64,000 nt of DNA from an uncultured virus (IMG/VR IMGVR_UViG_3300021138_000003) (lineage: Duplodnaviria > Heunggongvirae > Uroviricota > Caudoviricetes), in IMG/VR virus record IMGVR_UViG_3300021138_000003, one strand, 5' to 3'. Positions within the stretch are counted from its first letter, which is position 1. The number at the start of each line of letters is the position of its first letter. A model generated the notes under the pieces. It saw nothing but the letters and a program-made list of their open reading frames with translations. It did not search any database and was not told the DNA's origin. The translations under genes were made by a program, and so were the position numbers. Shown here one piece after another: positions 42,001 through 51,506 of this stretch.

Positions 42001-42349
42001 ATAGACCATTAGCTGGAATATTTCTCGAAGGATTATAGCTGATTAGCTGTGCCAACCTTAAAATGCTATCCTGTCGCTGTGCTGTTTCGAGGAAATTTTC
42101 TCGAGCATTTAAATCAACACGAAAACTTAGGTTTTGTCCAAGATATGCAATTAGATCAATGAGCGCAATATATTCGCTCGAATCGATATAATCGTTAAAT
42201 TCTTCCGGATAAGTTTCCTGAAGATAATTGATCATTGTCCTACGCAGTGTGTCAAAGTCATAGCTTTGGAAATCCGCGTTACGGAAACTTTGATAAATCT
42301 TAGTCCAATCTTCTGCGACTAATAATTGAGTGTTCGTTGCTGGTATCAT
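39029..42349 (-). CDS. baseplate wedge subunit gp6-like
   Basis: DFDTLR...LIDLIAY...ENFLETAQ, FADG, ESAASIK..AP...QNRMITGEDY. Confidence 0.88.
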   Translation of the reverse strand: MIPATNTQLLVAEDWTKIYQSFRNADFQSYDFDTLRRTMINYLQETYPEEFNDYIDSSEYIALIDLIAYLGQNLSFRVDLNARENFLETAQRQDSILRLAQLISYNPSRNIPANGLLKMTAIRTNENVIDANGFNLANQVIAWNDSSNVNWYQQFVSILNSAMPAGASFGKPYDSATINGINTQQYVVNTQSNDLPIFSVTKAINGTPMTFEVTGASFNGQNYIYEVPPIPGGSFSYVFQNDNQGAGSSNSGFFAYFKQGSMASTGFSVTAPVSNEIIGVNANGINDTDVWLWQLDANGNYSTLWTQVPALVGNNVIYNNLSNNLRTLYTVTSRANDQIDLNFADGSFADLPKGNFRIFYRQSNGQTYSITPDQLSGVNVTIPYVNKSGNVYQLTITLSLQYTVTNSSGPESAASIKTKAPQTYYLQNRMITGEDYNIGPLTAGNNVLKVTSINRLSSGISKYFELTDITGMYSSTDIFAHDGILYYESKLPTFDFKFQSRNQVYSVLKNQLAPIISSNSFKNFYYENYFRPTFSQLGLTWVTVTKLPNQTTGYFVDQFGNPVQTGYFSNSTASYITPGALVQLTYNGSTFWSKVIQVVGDGANSGKGALSDGTGPVILSGRINSSTVPVEVIPNFVSTFSYAFETQMVNLCTAQRNFGLSFDNITRQWFIIVDSNLNINSNFNLSYQGDSSNSQKDASWMVLFQWTGTGYQVSYRVLEYIFESANQTAFFVDYSNVNYDFVTDTVIRDQIDVLSVNPDPVTSLGLGVDYRWQIENAVIEPDGYVEPKKVVISFYDANNDGQIDTPDAFTNIVGTATNSFVYFQISSDGNRYSLLSDQTMITAYPDESYVNLATATVGDLFYFSTADVVKIVTSGQILELTNQYFAKPGRCNLKFHYTHNSGEERRIDPSKSNIIDIYMLTADYDTAYRTWLASGTGSAPMAPTSQSLESNFSAALDPIKSISDTLIYHPASYKVLFGSQATPNLQGTFKAVRNPNRITSDNDLQTRILAAINSFFNLTNWDFGQSFNFGELSTYVLNRMTPDITNFIIVPKNPNLPFGSLFEISCQSYEILISGATTTDIEIIDAVTAAQINATSPVITNTNVSN

Positions 42350-42402
42350 ATGTTATTTACTGCCCTAGATAACATATTTATTGAAAAAATTATCTAGGTA
42401 TA

Positions 42403-42843
42403 TTATTGTGCAGTAACTAAACCGATTTCTTTATTAAATGCTAGAGACATCGATTGGCTTAAATTTTGACGCTTAAAATACAGCGTTGCATCTATCAATA
42501 AGCCATATTCTGCTTCTGATATGTTAATTCTTGTAGGAGTGACCCTTGGGTCATAATTTAAAATTCTAGTCACGTCATCACTGATTTTCTGTTTAACATC
42601 ATTTGTAAATGGTTCGTATATCATGTCCCAAATAATAGTGCCAAATGTAGGATTCATAACACGTTCGCCCTGTCTAGTTTGAAACATATTTAGAATGTCT
42701 TGTTGTACTAGAGCAAAATCAAAAATCTTAGTAGTCAGGGCAGTATCGTCGGCTGAACTAAATCCCTTGTAGAATTGACTAGATTGCACACTAACTTGAC
42801 TGCTAATATTATTTGGTTTTAATATGATGTTTTTATATGCCAT
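42403..42843 (-). CDS. baseplate wedge subunit gp25-like
   Basis: YKGFS, FQTRQGERVMNPTFG, YDPRV. Confidence 0.9.
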   Translation of the reverse strand: MAYKNIILKPNNISSQVSVQSSQFYKGFSSADDTALTTKIFDFALVQQDILNMFQTRQGERVMNPTFGTIIWDMIYEPFTNDVKQKISDDVTRILNYDPRVTPTRINISEAEYGLLIDATLYFKRQNLSQSMSLAFNKEIGLVTAQ

Positions 42844-42853
42844 GACTTAATAT

Positions 42854-44974
42854 TTATGTCCCAATACCTTTAGTAGTATACTCCTGCTTATAAGCATTAA
42901 AATATGCTAATCGTTTATCATAATGAAGACACCCTGTTCCGTTTACCATTGCTGTAACTGATAAGCAATCATTCCAAAATGCAGTAGTATCAGTATAAGG
43001 TTGGGACATTTTTTTATTATATTTGTGTCCGGTTTTATATAGAACATTAAAGAAAAATACAACGCTAGCCGATGCCAATGGAAGTGTTTCTACTAGTTCG
43101 GGATGAGTTACCACATCCTGTTTACAATATGCAGCAAACTTTGTATAATTATTACGACCTGTAAGCTGGAGAAATCCTCTTCCCATAAATCTTTTTCCGT
43201 CTCCTGGTTGATCATTCCCAAGACCTTTATTATTTTCATATTTTGCCTGCCAGGGGCTCGGACCCCATAATTCGTGCAAGTATATAAATCCAGTTTCTTC
43301 CTTGCATTGCGCCATCCATGCTGCTAACTTAATAGGATCTTTAATTCCTGCTCGAATGAGATAAGATTTGAGATAAGCCTCGTTTGCTTTAGCATTTTTA
43401 GAAAGAGGTTGATTTGGCGGTGAAAAATCTGCAGGTAAAGAGGAGCCCGGACCCTGGGCACCATCTCTTGCACTAACCATGGAATCAGTATTAGCAGCAG
43501 AAAATTGACTTGGATTAATATTTTCATGTTGATCCCAAGGTTCATGAGTCGGCACACGTTGCATAATAGAAGTAATACTCGATGCCTTATAAAAATTTCC
43601 ATTTGCCCAACCTGCACTAGCAGATCTACCAGGCAGGGTGAATATGTCTAACGGCGTCGGTGTATCTGCCGGTGTTCCTGCACTTGCTACTGCTGCTGCA
43701 GGACCATTCATATCAATTTTTCCTGCCGATTCTATATGGTGCCCGGCTGAAATATTTGTCGTTCCTGCGCTAACCATCCAATTTGCGCCAGTTACATTGC
43801 TATCACCTGCTGCATTTGAGTACATGTCGCCGCCCGAAATAAACGATGAATCTGCACCAGATGATAGATTTATATTATTACCCGTAGAAACATTGAAATC
43901 TATACCGAAATTAAGTTTACCACTAGCATCACAAATGAGATTAAATCTATCAACAACATTAATATCAAATCCGCCGGAAGCCTTCATATTAATATTTCGG
44001 CCTGCTTCTATATTAACATCTCTAGCGGCTTTAAAATTAAAATCATTCTCTGTATGAATACTAACACTGTCTTGTGCAAAAACATCAATTTTACCATTAG
44101 ATGTGAGTTCTATCCAAGCTGAACCTTTACTATTTCCGATGTAGATCAAATCTGATGAATTATGTAAAAGAATCTGATGCCCAGTTCTCGTACGAATTCT
44201 AAATAATTCATTCTTTCCATCAAGATCACCATCATCCATAACAAACTGATGACCGCCTAAACGGCTGACTGGCAACATAATAGAACCGGCTCCATTTTGG
44301 AAGCCTGCTTCTTTTAGCGGAGAATTTACGTTAACTGGACCAGGTGTACTAATACCAAAAACCCTGCTAGGCACTTCTCGGCGGGCACTACTTGATGTTA
44401 CACCTCTCACATTATCAATAAGTAGTCCTTGATTAACTAACCTATCTGCAAATGGATGAACGGGTTTGGTAAATTTATCCGGATTAGGATCTTCCATTGT
44501 CCTGCTACCTTTATGGTATTCAGCAACAGGCACATTTCTTGTTCCATATTTCTTTAACTGTTCCGGTGTCATTGCAGAATATTGGCTAGCAGCAATTCCA
44601 GGAACTTCTTGATTTTGATACATATCTGGAACACATCCGAACCAATATCCTTGGTTGATATCCCCTCCAACAAACATGACCATAACAGTACTGCCAATGT
44701 CCGGTGGTACCATCCAAAAACCATAAGATTTTTGCACATCATCAAAATTAGCAGAATTATTGCCTTCATATTTTTGTGCAGTTGATCCAAAAAATGGACT
44801 ACAGTATTTTACAATAACATTCGATGTTTCTGTATTAGATAACCCCGGAATGGATTTAATAAGTGTTACTTGCAAGCTACCCATATATGTAGGATCTAAA
44901 TGATTTACAATCGTTGCCAAATATGGACCCGGATTAATCCACGATGTATCCTGCGATCGTGTTTGAATTGCCAT
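42854..44974 (-). CDS. baseplate hub/spike gp5-like with C-terminal GH19 muramidase domain
   Basis: OB-fold DPTYMGSL...VPPDIGSTVMV; GHQFVMDD and RIRTRTGHQ; beta-helix repeats; GH19 motif GRGFLQLTGRNNY. Confidence 0.88.
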   Translation of the reverse strand: MAIQTRSQDTSWINPGPYLATIVNHLDPTYMGSLQVTLIKSIPGLSNTETSNVIVKYCSPFFGSTAQKYEGNNSANFDDVQKSYGFWMVPPDIGSTVMVMFVGGDINQGYWFGCVPDMYQNQEVPGIAASQYSAMTPEQLKKYGTRNVPVAEYHKGSRTMEDPNPDKFTKPVHPFADRLVNQGLLIDNVRGVTSSSARREVPSRVFGISTPGPVNVNSPLKEAGFQNGAGSIMLPVSRLGGHQFVMDDGDLDGKNELFRIRTRTGHQILLHNSSDLIYIGNSKGSAWIELTSNGKIDVFAQDSVSIHTENDFNFKAARDVNIEAGRNINMKASGGFDINVVDRFNLICDASGKLNFGIDFNVSTGNNINLSSGADSSFISGGDMYSNAAGDSNVTGANWMVSAGTTNISAGHHIESAGKIDMNGPAAAVASAGTPADTPTPLDIFTLPGRSASAGWANGNFYKASSITSIMQRVPTHEPWDQHENINPSQFSAANTDSMVSARDGAQGPGSSLPADFSPPNQPLSKNAKANEAYLKSYLIRAGIKDPIKLAAWMAQCKEETGFIYLHELWGPSPWQAKYENNKGLGNDQPGDGKRFMGRGFLQLTGRNNYTKFAAYCKQDVVTHPELVETLPLASASVVFFFNVLYKTGHKYNKKMSQPYTDTTAFWNDCLSVTAMVNGTGCLHYDKRLAYFNAYKQEYTTKGIGT

Positions 44975-47900
44975 TATATACTTCCTTGAATATTAGAACT
45001 TTGTATTAGCTTAGTTAGCGGACTTATTGTCTGTTGACTGCCTAAAATGGAGTTTGCACTAGCTGCTAGATTAGAATTTCCAATTTGTGCAATCGAAGAT
45101 ACATTAGCGGCAGCACTTTCAACAGAACCCAAGCCTACAGTGGCGGGCATTAAGCTACCTAGAGAATTTTGACTCAGGGAACCTATTGGATTTGTTACAC
45201 CTAATGACGATCCTACCACAGAGTTTACTTGCCCCTGTATTCCCGAGACTTGATCTACAACAGACTGAGCAGATCCCAAGGCTCCAGTCAATCCGGCAGT
45301 TACACTACCTAGAGGATTTGATATGTTATTGATATCAGTTAACGCTGGAAGATTTGCTGCATCGCCGACTACGCTGCTAACATTTCCATAATCACTGGCT
45401 AATGTATCTAAAGCCGGGTCAGTTATTGCATCTGGAGTCGGCACACTCGGTTGTAGTGCTGGGAGATTAGGTAGTTGATCGCTTGATAGATCACCGAATA
45501 CAACACCATTACTTTCTAATCCTGTAATATTAGTATTCGGAGGTACTAACGCTGCAACGCTGGCCAATTGACTGGTGAGATTGCTGGCCAATTGCGGATC
45601 TAATCCAGATAGAACTGAGGGATCAATGCCTAATTGTGAACTAATTCCAGAAATATCAGTAGGAACTGCATTCTGCAAACTGTTAATTGCATTACCGACT
45701 CCGCCAATTAAACTAGAGACATTTGAATTAACTAATCCGCTTACAGATTGCACCAGCGACGATGCTCCCGGAATCGAAGACACTGCGGTAGGTACTTGAG
45801 ATGCAATAGAATCGAGCACATTATTTGCTAATCCTACCGCAGCATTAGAAATATTTGCAATATTTCCGATAGAAGAACCTGCTGCACTTATTGCAGCAGC
45901 CGATAAGTTAGGAGTAGATAATGCAGCACCCAAAGAGGACGGAGATATACTAATGCCTTGAGTTAACGGGTTTGTTCCGCCTAACGGGTTTGAACCTAAT
46001 GGATTAGCGCCTAATTGGCTAGCAATCGCACTGATCTGTCCAGTGACTCCAGAGACTTGATTTAATAACCCGTTGACTGATCTTAATGGGGACCCAGTCA
46101 CTGAACCTAGCGCCCCTGCTACTTGTGTTAATTGGTTTAATGCTGACTGGTTTAGTGCGTCCGATAAACTACCTATTGCATTAGTAAAGTTACTAGGTAC
46201 TCCTGGCAATCCCTGGCTAGGCAGTCCTCTATTTAACAATGAATCAATATTGATACTATCCGGTGTAATACCCGACGAAGGCACCGTCGATGGTCTTGAA
46301 TCTTGTGCAACCTGTGTTCCCGGATCTGCTGATGGTAAAGTTGAAATATCGCCTGCAGGATCAGATTTTTGATTTCCTAAAATTTGACCATTTATTCTAA
46401 CAAGGTCCAATGCTTGCGTGAATACACCATCTTTAAAAGTGTTTACTAACGTAGTGACCATAAAAATTCCGCTAAATGGCAAAAGATTTTTGTCGTCAAA
46501 TTGTGCAAATCCTGCGTTCGGGCCAGCAGTGTTTATATCTATAGGATTTCTAAAATTGATATTAATATATGTATCACCTTGGGTAATCGGTGCCTGACCA
46601 TCGTTTGTCAAATATTGGCTATTCAAAGTTAAATTTTGATTTCCCATACCACCAGTAACTAGAAAATACGGATCGCCTAAGATTTCCATGTTTGCAGTCA
46701 CCATCGATGCTTTATCAGCACTTAATACTGCATCATGCATTGTTTGTGCTAATTTATAATAAGGATCGGCTTGTTGTTGACCAGCCGTAGTAGTAGGCAG
46801 AGAATTTGCCTTAGGATCGACCTGAGTAGGAGTTGTCGATACCGCAGGTGTAGGGGATGCTGCTTGGGGTTTAGGAGCAGAAGTTGCAGCAGGTGCAGCA
46901 GTGGAATTGGCTTGTTTAGCCTGAGTATTATTATTCGGTGGTGCTGCATTAGGAGCATTCGACGTCGGTTGTTTAGCATCTGTCTTGTTAGCCGGAGCAG
47001 CAGCAACCGTTGTACTAGGAGTTTCAGGTCTATTACCTAACTTTGCAGGAATAGCAGAAAAATAAAGATTATTAAAACTTAACTGGAATTTAACAATATC
47101 AGTATTTTCACCAGTATATATGTAACTGTATGCCCTTTTAATCTGTTTAGATACCGCAGACATGTCATCCTGACCTTGTTCCTGACCAGGAATTCTAGTA
47201 TAAATCATCCTATACGGTTCTAAAACATATCGATAAATTTTAAAATATTTGTTACCTTTGGGATCATAATCGCCGGTTTCTACTTCCAATCGAATAGTAA
47301 AATAGGTAACCATTTTGTCACCTTTTTTTGCAGATTCTAATTGTTTTTGTAAAACATCTACTCTAACATATTCACTGTCTCTTACTACCGCAGCAATAGC
47401 ATCATGAATTTGCTTACCTGCAGAGAATATTACAGTACCTTGCGTAGGAACTAATTTCGCAGTAGCAGGATCATTATTGGCCAAAGAGCTAGTAGGAACA
47501 GTTTGAACTGCGCCCGAAGATTGAACAACTATCGTCGATGTAGTAGGAGTAGTCGCTGACGTCGAAGTGTTAGCTAAATTAGTTGCAGTAGATACAGTAG
47601 CAGCAGGAATTGATTGGTGTGCCGGAGTAGTATTTTGGGGCGAGGTTGATGCACCTGCAGGCCTCGCCCCAGCATATCCGCTTTTTGTAGTAGATGGATC
47701 TGCTGTTTGAAATACATTTACTTCTTTTAATCCATCATTTACTTTAGCTTTAATAATATCACTTTGATACGCATTCGGACCTCCTGAAGTAATATTAGAC
47801 CTAGGACTATAAAGCATCGCTTTCATTATATCTTGAGGAGCAGATGGAGTTGACAATGCAGGACATGATATTTCGTAAATATCCGACGGTGCCGGTTGAT

Positions 47901-48798
47901 TTCCGTTAGCCTTTTTAGCATCATCCTGTACTGCATGATTAATTGCTACGAAATAATTTTTTAATATTTCCCAAACGTGATTACCCGGTACTTTAATGTC
48001 AGTAGTTTGTTGATTCGGAGTACCAAATCCTAACTGATTACTAGGTGTTGCTGTACATTTATATCTAGTGCCTTGCTCGTTTACATCAACGTCAATTCCT
48101 GTAATAGTAATACAAAAAAATCTAGTACTATTTGGAATTATTTCAGGAGTAGAGTCTTCTACTGGATCAGTATCGTTATAACCATTAAATTGCATTCTTA
48201 GACAGAATGTTGCTGTTACATAATCACTCCATCCAGCTGCTTGAGCAGCCACCTGCATTGCTTCAATAAATCCATTCATACTATATGGTTCAATTACCGT
48301 GAAAGATATAGCAGTAGCAATCGCCGATCCAGATTTATCACTACCTGCACCGATTAAACTGTTGATAGATACCTCATCGATATACATATCGAATCTACCC
48401 GGACTATTTTTGTTAAACGACTCAATCAAACTAGAAACATTAGATGAAGTAGTTCCGCTACCACTCGAAACACCCTTACTAACTTGTATACCAGCAGAAC
48501 CTTTACCTGCAGAATCGAGCACGGTATATCTTGAAATAGCATCTGCAATTAGAGTTTCACTTGTACTGCTAGTTACTTCTTTAGGTAATGCAGCAAATGC
48601 AAAATTATAATTCCAAGATCTATAATTATTCAGCGGGTTTTTTTCAACTGCTGCAAGGAAAGTACCAGTTGTAGCAGTGGTAACCTCAGTTCCACTTTTT
48701 TGTTGAGAAGTATTTTGATTATTAGGTGGTGGGGCCTGCGTTCCTGCAGGGTTAGAAGCAGGCGGTTTATTATTTGCAGGAGTCGGTGACGCAGCCAT
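44974..48798 (-). CDS. baseplate hub protein (gp27/gpD-like) with a low-complexity C-terminal extension
   Basis: Lies between gp53 and gp5; ILGDPYF and FSGIFMVTTLVNTFKDGVFTQAL hub motifs. Confidence 0.7.
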   Translation of the reverse strand: MAASPTPANNKPPASNPAGTQAPPPNNQNTSQQKSGTEVTTATTGTFLAAVEKNPLNNYRSWNYNFAFAALPKEVTSSTSETLIADAISRYTVLDSAGKGSAGIQVSKGVSSGSGTTSSNVSSLIESFNKNSPGRFDMYIDEVSINSLIGAGSDKSGSAIATAISFTVIEPYSMNGFIEAMQVAAQAAGWSDYVTATFCLRMQFNGYNDTDPVEDSTPEIIPNSTRFFCITITGIDVDVNEQGTRYKCTATPSNQLGFGTPNQQTTDIKVPGNHVWEILKNYFVAINHAVQDDAKKANGNQPAPSDIYEISCPALSTPSAPQDIMKAMLYSPRSNITSGGPNAYQSDIIKAKVNDGLKEVNVFQTADPSTTKSGYAGARPAGASTSPQNTTPAHQSIPAATVSTATNLANTSTSATTPTTSTIVVQSSGAVQTVPTSSLANNDPATAKLVPTQGTVIFSAGKQIHDAIAAVVRDSEYVRVDVLQKQLESAKKGDKMVTYFTIRLEVETGDYDPKGNKYFKIYRYVLEPYRMIYTRIPGQEQGQDDMSAVSKQIKRAYSYIYTGENTDIVKFQLSFNNLYFSAIPAKLGNRPETPSTTVAAAPANKTDAKQPTSNAPNAAPPNNNTQAKQANSTAAPAATSAPKPQAASPTPAVSTTPTQVDPKANSLPTTTAGQQQADPYYKLAQTMHDAVLSADKASMVTANMEILGDPYFLVTGGMGNQNLTLNSQYLTNDGQAPITQGDTYININFRNPIDINTAGPNAGFAQFDDKNLLPFSGIFMVTTLVNTFKDGVFTQALDLVRINGQILGNQKSDPAGDISTLPSADPGTQVAQDSRPSTVPSSGITPDSINIDSLLNRGLPSQGLPGVPSNFTNAIGSLSDALNQSALNQLTQVAGALGSVTGSPLRSVNGLLNQVSGVTGQISAIASQLGANPLGSNPLGGTNPLTQGISISPSSLGAALSTPNLSAAAISAAGSSIGNIANISNAAVGLANNVLDSIASQVPTAVSSIPGASSLVQSVSGLVNSNVSSLIGGVGNAINSLQNAVPTDISGISSQLGIDPSVLSGLDPQLASNLTSQLASVAALVPPNTNITGLESNGVVFGDLSSDQLPNLPALQPSVPTPDAITDPALDTLASDYGNVSSVVGDAANLPALTDINNISNPLGSVTAGLTGALGSAQSVVDQVSGIQGQVNSVVGSSLGVTNPIGSLSQNSLGSLMPATVGLGSVESAAANVSSIAQIGNSNLAASANSILGSQQTISPLTKLIQSSNIQGSI

Positions 48799-49098
48799 TT
48801 AGATTCCTATCGCAGCTCTAATAGTAGCCATCTTCGGTAAAAATATTGTTTGTCCTGGAACAAAATCAAAAATTGAATCTGTAATTACATCTTTATTTCT
48901 GGCGGCAAAAACCCACCATAGTTGTGTATTTCCGTAAACATCATATGCCAGCAAATCAGGTCTATGAAGATATTTTGCTGTTAAGGTGTATTGAACATCA
49001 TCCGGATACGAAGGAATATCTGTAAAATTTAATACATCAAGATATCCGTTAACTACATCTGTATGTGCGTATGGGCTTGCTGAGTTATATGCCGGCAT
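48799..49098 (-). CDS. baseplate protein gp53-like (LysM-related)
   Basis: RPDLLAYDVYGNTQLWWVFA. Confidence 0.88.
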   Translation of the reverse strand: MPAYNSASPYAHTDVVNGYLDVLNFTDIPSYPDDVQYTLTAKYLHRPDLLAYDVYGNTQLWWVFAARNKDVITDSIFDFVPGQTIFLPKMATIRAAIGI

Positions 49099-50423
49099 TA
49101 TAAGTATCCTTGTCCACTAAGATTTCCATTAAGCCAATCAGGAACATTATGATTCAGCATTTCCTGGCGACTGTACATAATATTTAAATCTAATGAGATA
49201 GTGCTAAGTACCGGAACCATAGTAACTCCATATGTAGTGGGACTTTTTGGTCGACCGACAGTGATATAATCAACATTATCCGGTAAAGTATGTTTCCAAG
49301 AAGCTACTGCTACAGGAACGTTAGAAAGCATATAATCACCATATGCATCTAATCTACAAACCGGGGGCGGACTACCTTTTTGTGGATCATCACCAAATCG
49401 CATTTTTGTTAAAGCTCTTAAAAGGTGGATTACTCCTAGTAAAACTGCGCCGTCCTCTTCTGTCTGAACTGTAAATTTAGCAGTAATCGAAATAGGTCCC
49501 ACCATGCTGTGTTTGTAAAAATACTGTGCAAAATTGGAATGAAGTGGAGTTTGTTGTGCGTATTCTGCCTTATTATCCATAGAAATTTCTGGAGTATAAG
49601 GAAATAGTATTCCTCCATTATTGGCTAATATATTGTTTGGCCCTGCGGCAGGTCCAACTAGGTATGAACTAGGAACTCGCAATTTTGCTCGAAGATCTTG
49701 AGCACCATTCCATGTTGCTTGTGCTGCTTGCGGATTAGGTGGTTCACCGTCTACCGGTGCAGATGTATCATCTTCCGAAATACTTGTATCGTCGCTAACA
49801 TCTGCACCTTGACCATACACACTATCATCTAAACTACCCGGGTTATCTCCCTGTCTAGGAGCATTTACTACAATTTCTTCACCCTGTGTTTCAGGAATAG
49901 CAGCACTTGCGGTTGCTGGTTGCTGCGGATCGGTGGGATTATCTGCACTATTACCATCACTGCCTGTAGAAACCGAGGCGGCGGCAGTAGTAACGGTAGT
50001 AGTTACGCCATCGTCATATGTAGTAGTAACTGTTGTACTCGAACTTGTTACTGTAGGATTGTTATCTGTAGCAGGATCTGTAGCAGGTGCCGGATACAAA
50101 GATTGTATTTGTGCAATTATAGCAGCCGACTGATCTTCAAGTGAGTTAATTTGTGCCCGTGCATCATCAATTGCTTTCCCAGCTTGATTATATGTACTCT
50201 GTGCGGTGTTGAGTGCAGCTTGTAATGTTGCGATAGTACCTGCATTGGCTCCAGATGCAGTTGCTGAGCTCAATGCGGTTGAGGCATCTACTAGTGCAAT
50301 CCGCGCCTGCACAAGTGCAGGGTCTAACGTAGAATTTTCAATAGCAGTACTTTGACTAATCTGAGTATTAATATTAGAGAGTTGCGAGTCAAGATCATCT
50401 TCAGATGGAGTAGTATCAGCCAT
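49098..50423 (-). CDS. tail tube initiator / baseplate protein (gp48/gp54-like) with acidic N-terminal extension
   Basis: C-terminal FPYTP, GSPPPVCRLDAYG...NVPV motifs; directly upstream of gp53. Confidence 0.65.
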   Translation of the reverse strand: MADTTPSEDDLDSQLSNINTQISQSTAIENSTLDPALVQARIALVDASTALSSATASGANAGTIATLQAALNTAQSTYNQAGKAIDDARAQINSLEDQSAAIIAQIQSLYPAPATDPATDNNPTVTSSSTTVTTTYDDGVTTTVTTAAASVSTGSDGNSADNPTDPQQPATASAAIPETQGEEIVVNAPRQGDNPGSLDDSVYGQGADVSDDTSISEDDTSAPVDGEPPNPQAAQATWNGAQDLRAKLRVPSSYLVGPAAGPNNILANNGGILFPYTPEISMDNKAEYAQQTPLHSNFAQYFYKHSMVGPISITAKFTVQTEEDGAVLLGVIHLLRALTKMRFGDDPQKGSPPPVCRLDAYGDYMLSNVPVAVASWKHTLPDNVDYITVGRPKSPTTYGVTMVPVLSTISLDLNIMYSRQEMLNHNVPDWLNGNLSGQGYL

Positions 50424-50450
50424 TATTATTTCCTATAGAATTCGTATAGT

Positions 50451-50469
50451 GTATTTACTCCGATAAATA
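50451..50469. promoter_or_regulatory. back-to-back late-promoter-like motifs
   Basis: GTAAATAC (-) at 50451-58 and GATAAATA (+) at 50462-69 in the divergent intergenic region. Confidence 0.5.
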
Positions 50470-50492
50470 AACTACATACTTTATACATTTGG

Positions 50493-50521
50493 TTGACATT
50501 TTACGATTTTATTGCTATAAT
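50493..50521 (+). promoter_or_regulatory. sigma70-type promoter for gp55
   Basis: TTGACA-17 nt-TATAAT. Confidence 0.85.
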
Positions 50522-50547
50522 ATGTCCAATAGGAGAGCATCTAAAAT

Positions 50548-51459
50548 ATGCCGAATTCATTAATCGTAAACCCTTCAGGCAGAAGGCAAAAATACCTAAA
50601 TAACAAAGATCTACTAGCAGAAATTCACAAAAGCAAAGCAAGTTTTAGCAGCTACCTAGAGCCAGAATACAAGCAGCACGATCTTATATTGCCAAACATT
50701 GACAAGATCAATATCAGAACTATTGCAGATGCCAAAAGAAATCGTGCAAAACGCATCGGTTTAGAGGAATTTGCAAAAGCTAGAATGGCGGGAGATAAAA
50801 AAGTAAAACTCGCAGATGTTACTCCCGATTATAAGACTATCAAGAAAACTGATTTAATCTTTAGAATTATGACATTTGATCATATTCCGTTAACACCAGG
50901 ACGTAAAAAGACCACCAAGACTGTTGCTGATGGTCACGAAAAAATCAACTTCCCTCCATACCAACATTGGAAATTCGACGAGGAAGATAATCTATTCTGC
51001 GTAGGAAAAAGCCACTGGCGAGGTGGTTTGCAGAATGGGTATTTCTCTAAAGATCACGGTCGTATTACAGAAAATCTAGGTAAAATGTTTATGAAGCTAG
51101 CAGAACGCTATGCCCAACGTTCTAATTGGCGAGGATATACCTACGTCGAAGAAATGAAGGGACAAGCAATTCTACAGCTCAGTCAGATCGGATTACAGTT
51201 CGACGAATCAAAGTCTGAAAATCCATTTGCGTATTACACTGCCGCAGTGACTAACTCTTTCACTAGAATTCTTAATCTAGAAAAGAAAGCTCAAAATATT
51301 CGAGATGACTTACTAGAAGAAAATGGGCTAGCACCTAGTATGACTAGACAAAACAGCGGTGATTTTGCAGACGAAATTGCTAGACAGGCCAAATTATACA
51401 AGAGTCAACGGATGCCTAAATCTGTCGAAACCCCAGAAGAATCCGAAGAGCAGTCTTGA
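50548..51459 (+). CDS. late-transcription sigma factor gp55-like
   Basis: YLNNKDLL, SNWRGYTYVEEM, FDESKSENPFAYYT; gp55-gp47-gp46 synteny. Confidence 0.88.
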   Translation: MPNSLIVNPSGRRQKYLNNKDLLAEIHKSKASFSSYLEPEYKQHDLILPNIDKINIRTIADAKRNRAKRIGLEEFAKARMAGDKKVKLADVTPDYKTIKKTDLIFRIMTFDHIPLTPGRKKTTKTVADGHEKINFPPYQHWKFDEEDNLFCVGKSHWRGGLQNGYFSKDHGRITENLGKMFMKLAERYAQRSNWRGYTYVEEMKGQAILQLSQIGLQFDESKSENPFAYYTAAVTNSFTRILNLEKKAQNIRDDLLEENGLAPSMTRQNSGDFADEIARQAKLYKSQRMPKSVETPEESEEQS

Positions 51460-51484
51460 TTTGTTACCTATTATGTTGTATAAT
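51456..51484 (+). promoter_or_regulatory. sigma70-type promoter for gp47
   Basis: TTGATT-17 nt-TATAAT. Confidence 0.6.
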
Positions 51485-51506
51485 ATAGGTAAGGATAAAA
51501 ATAATA

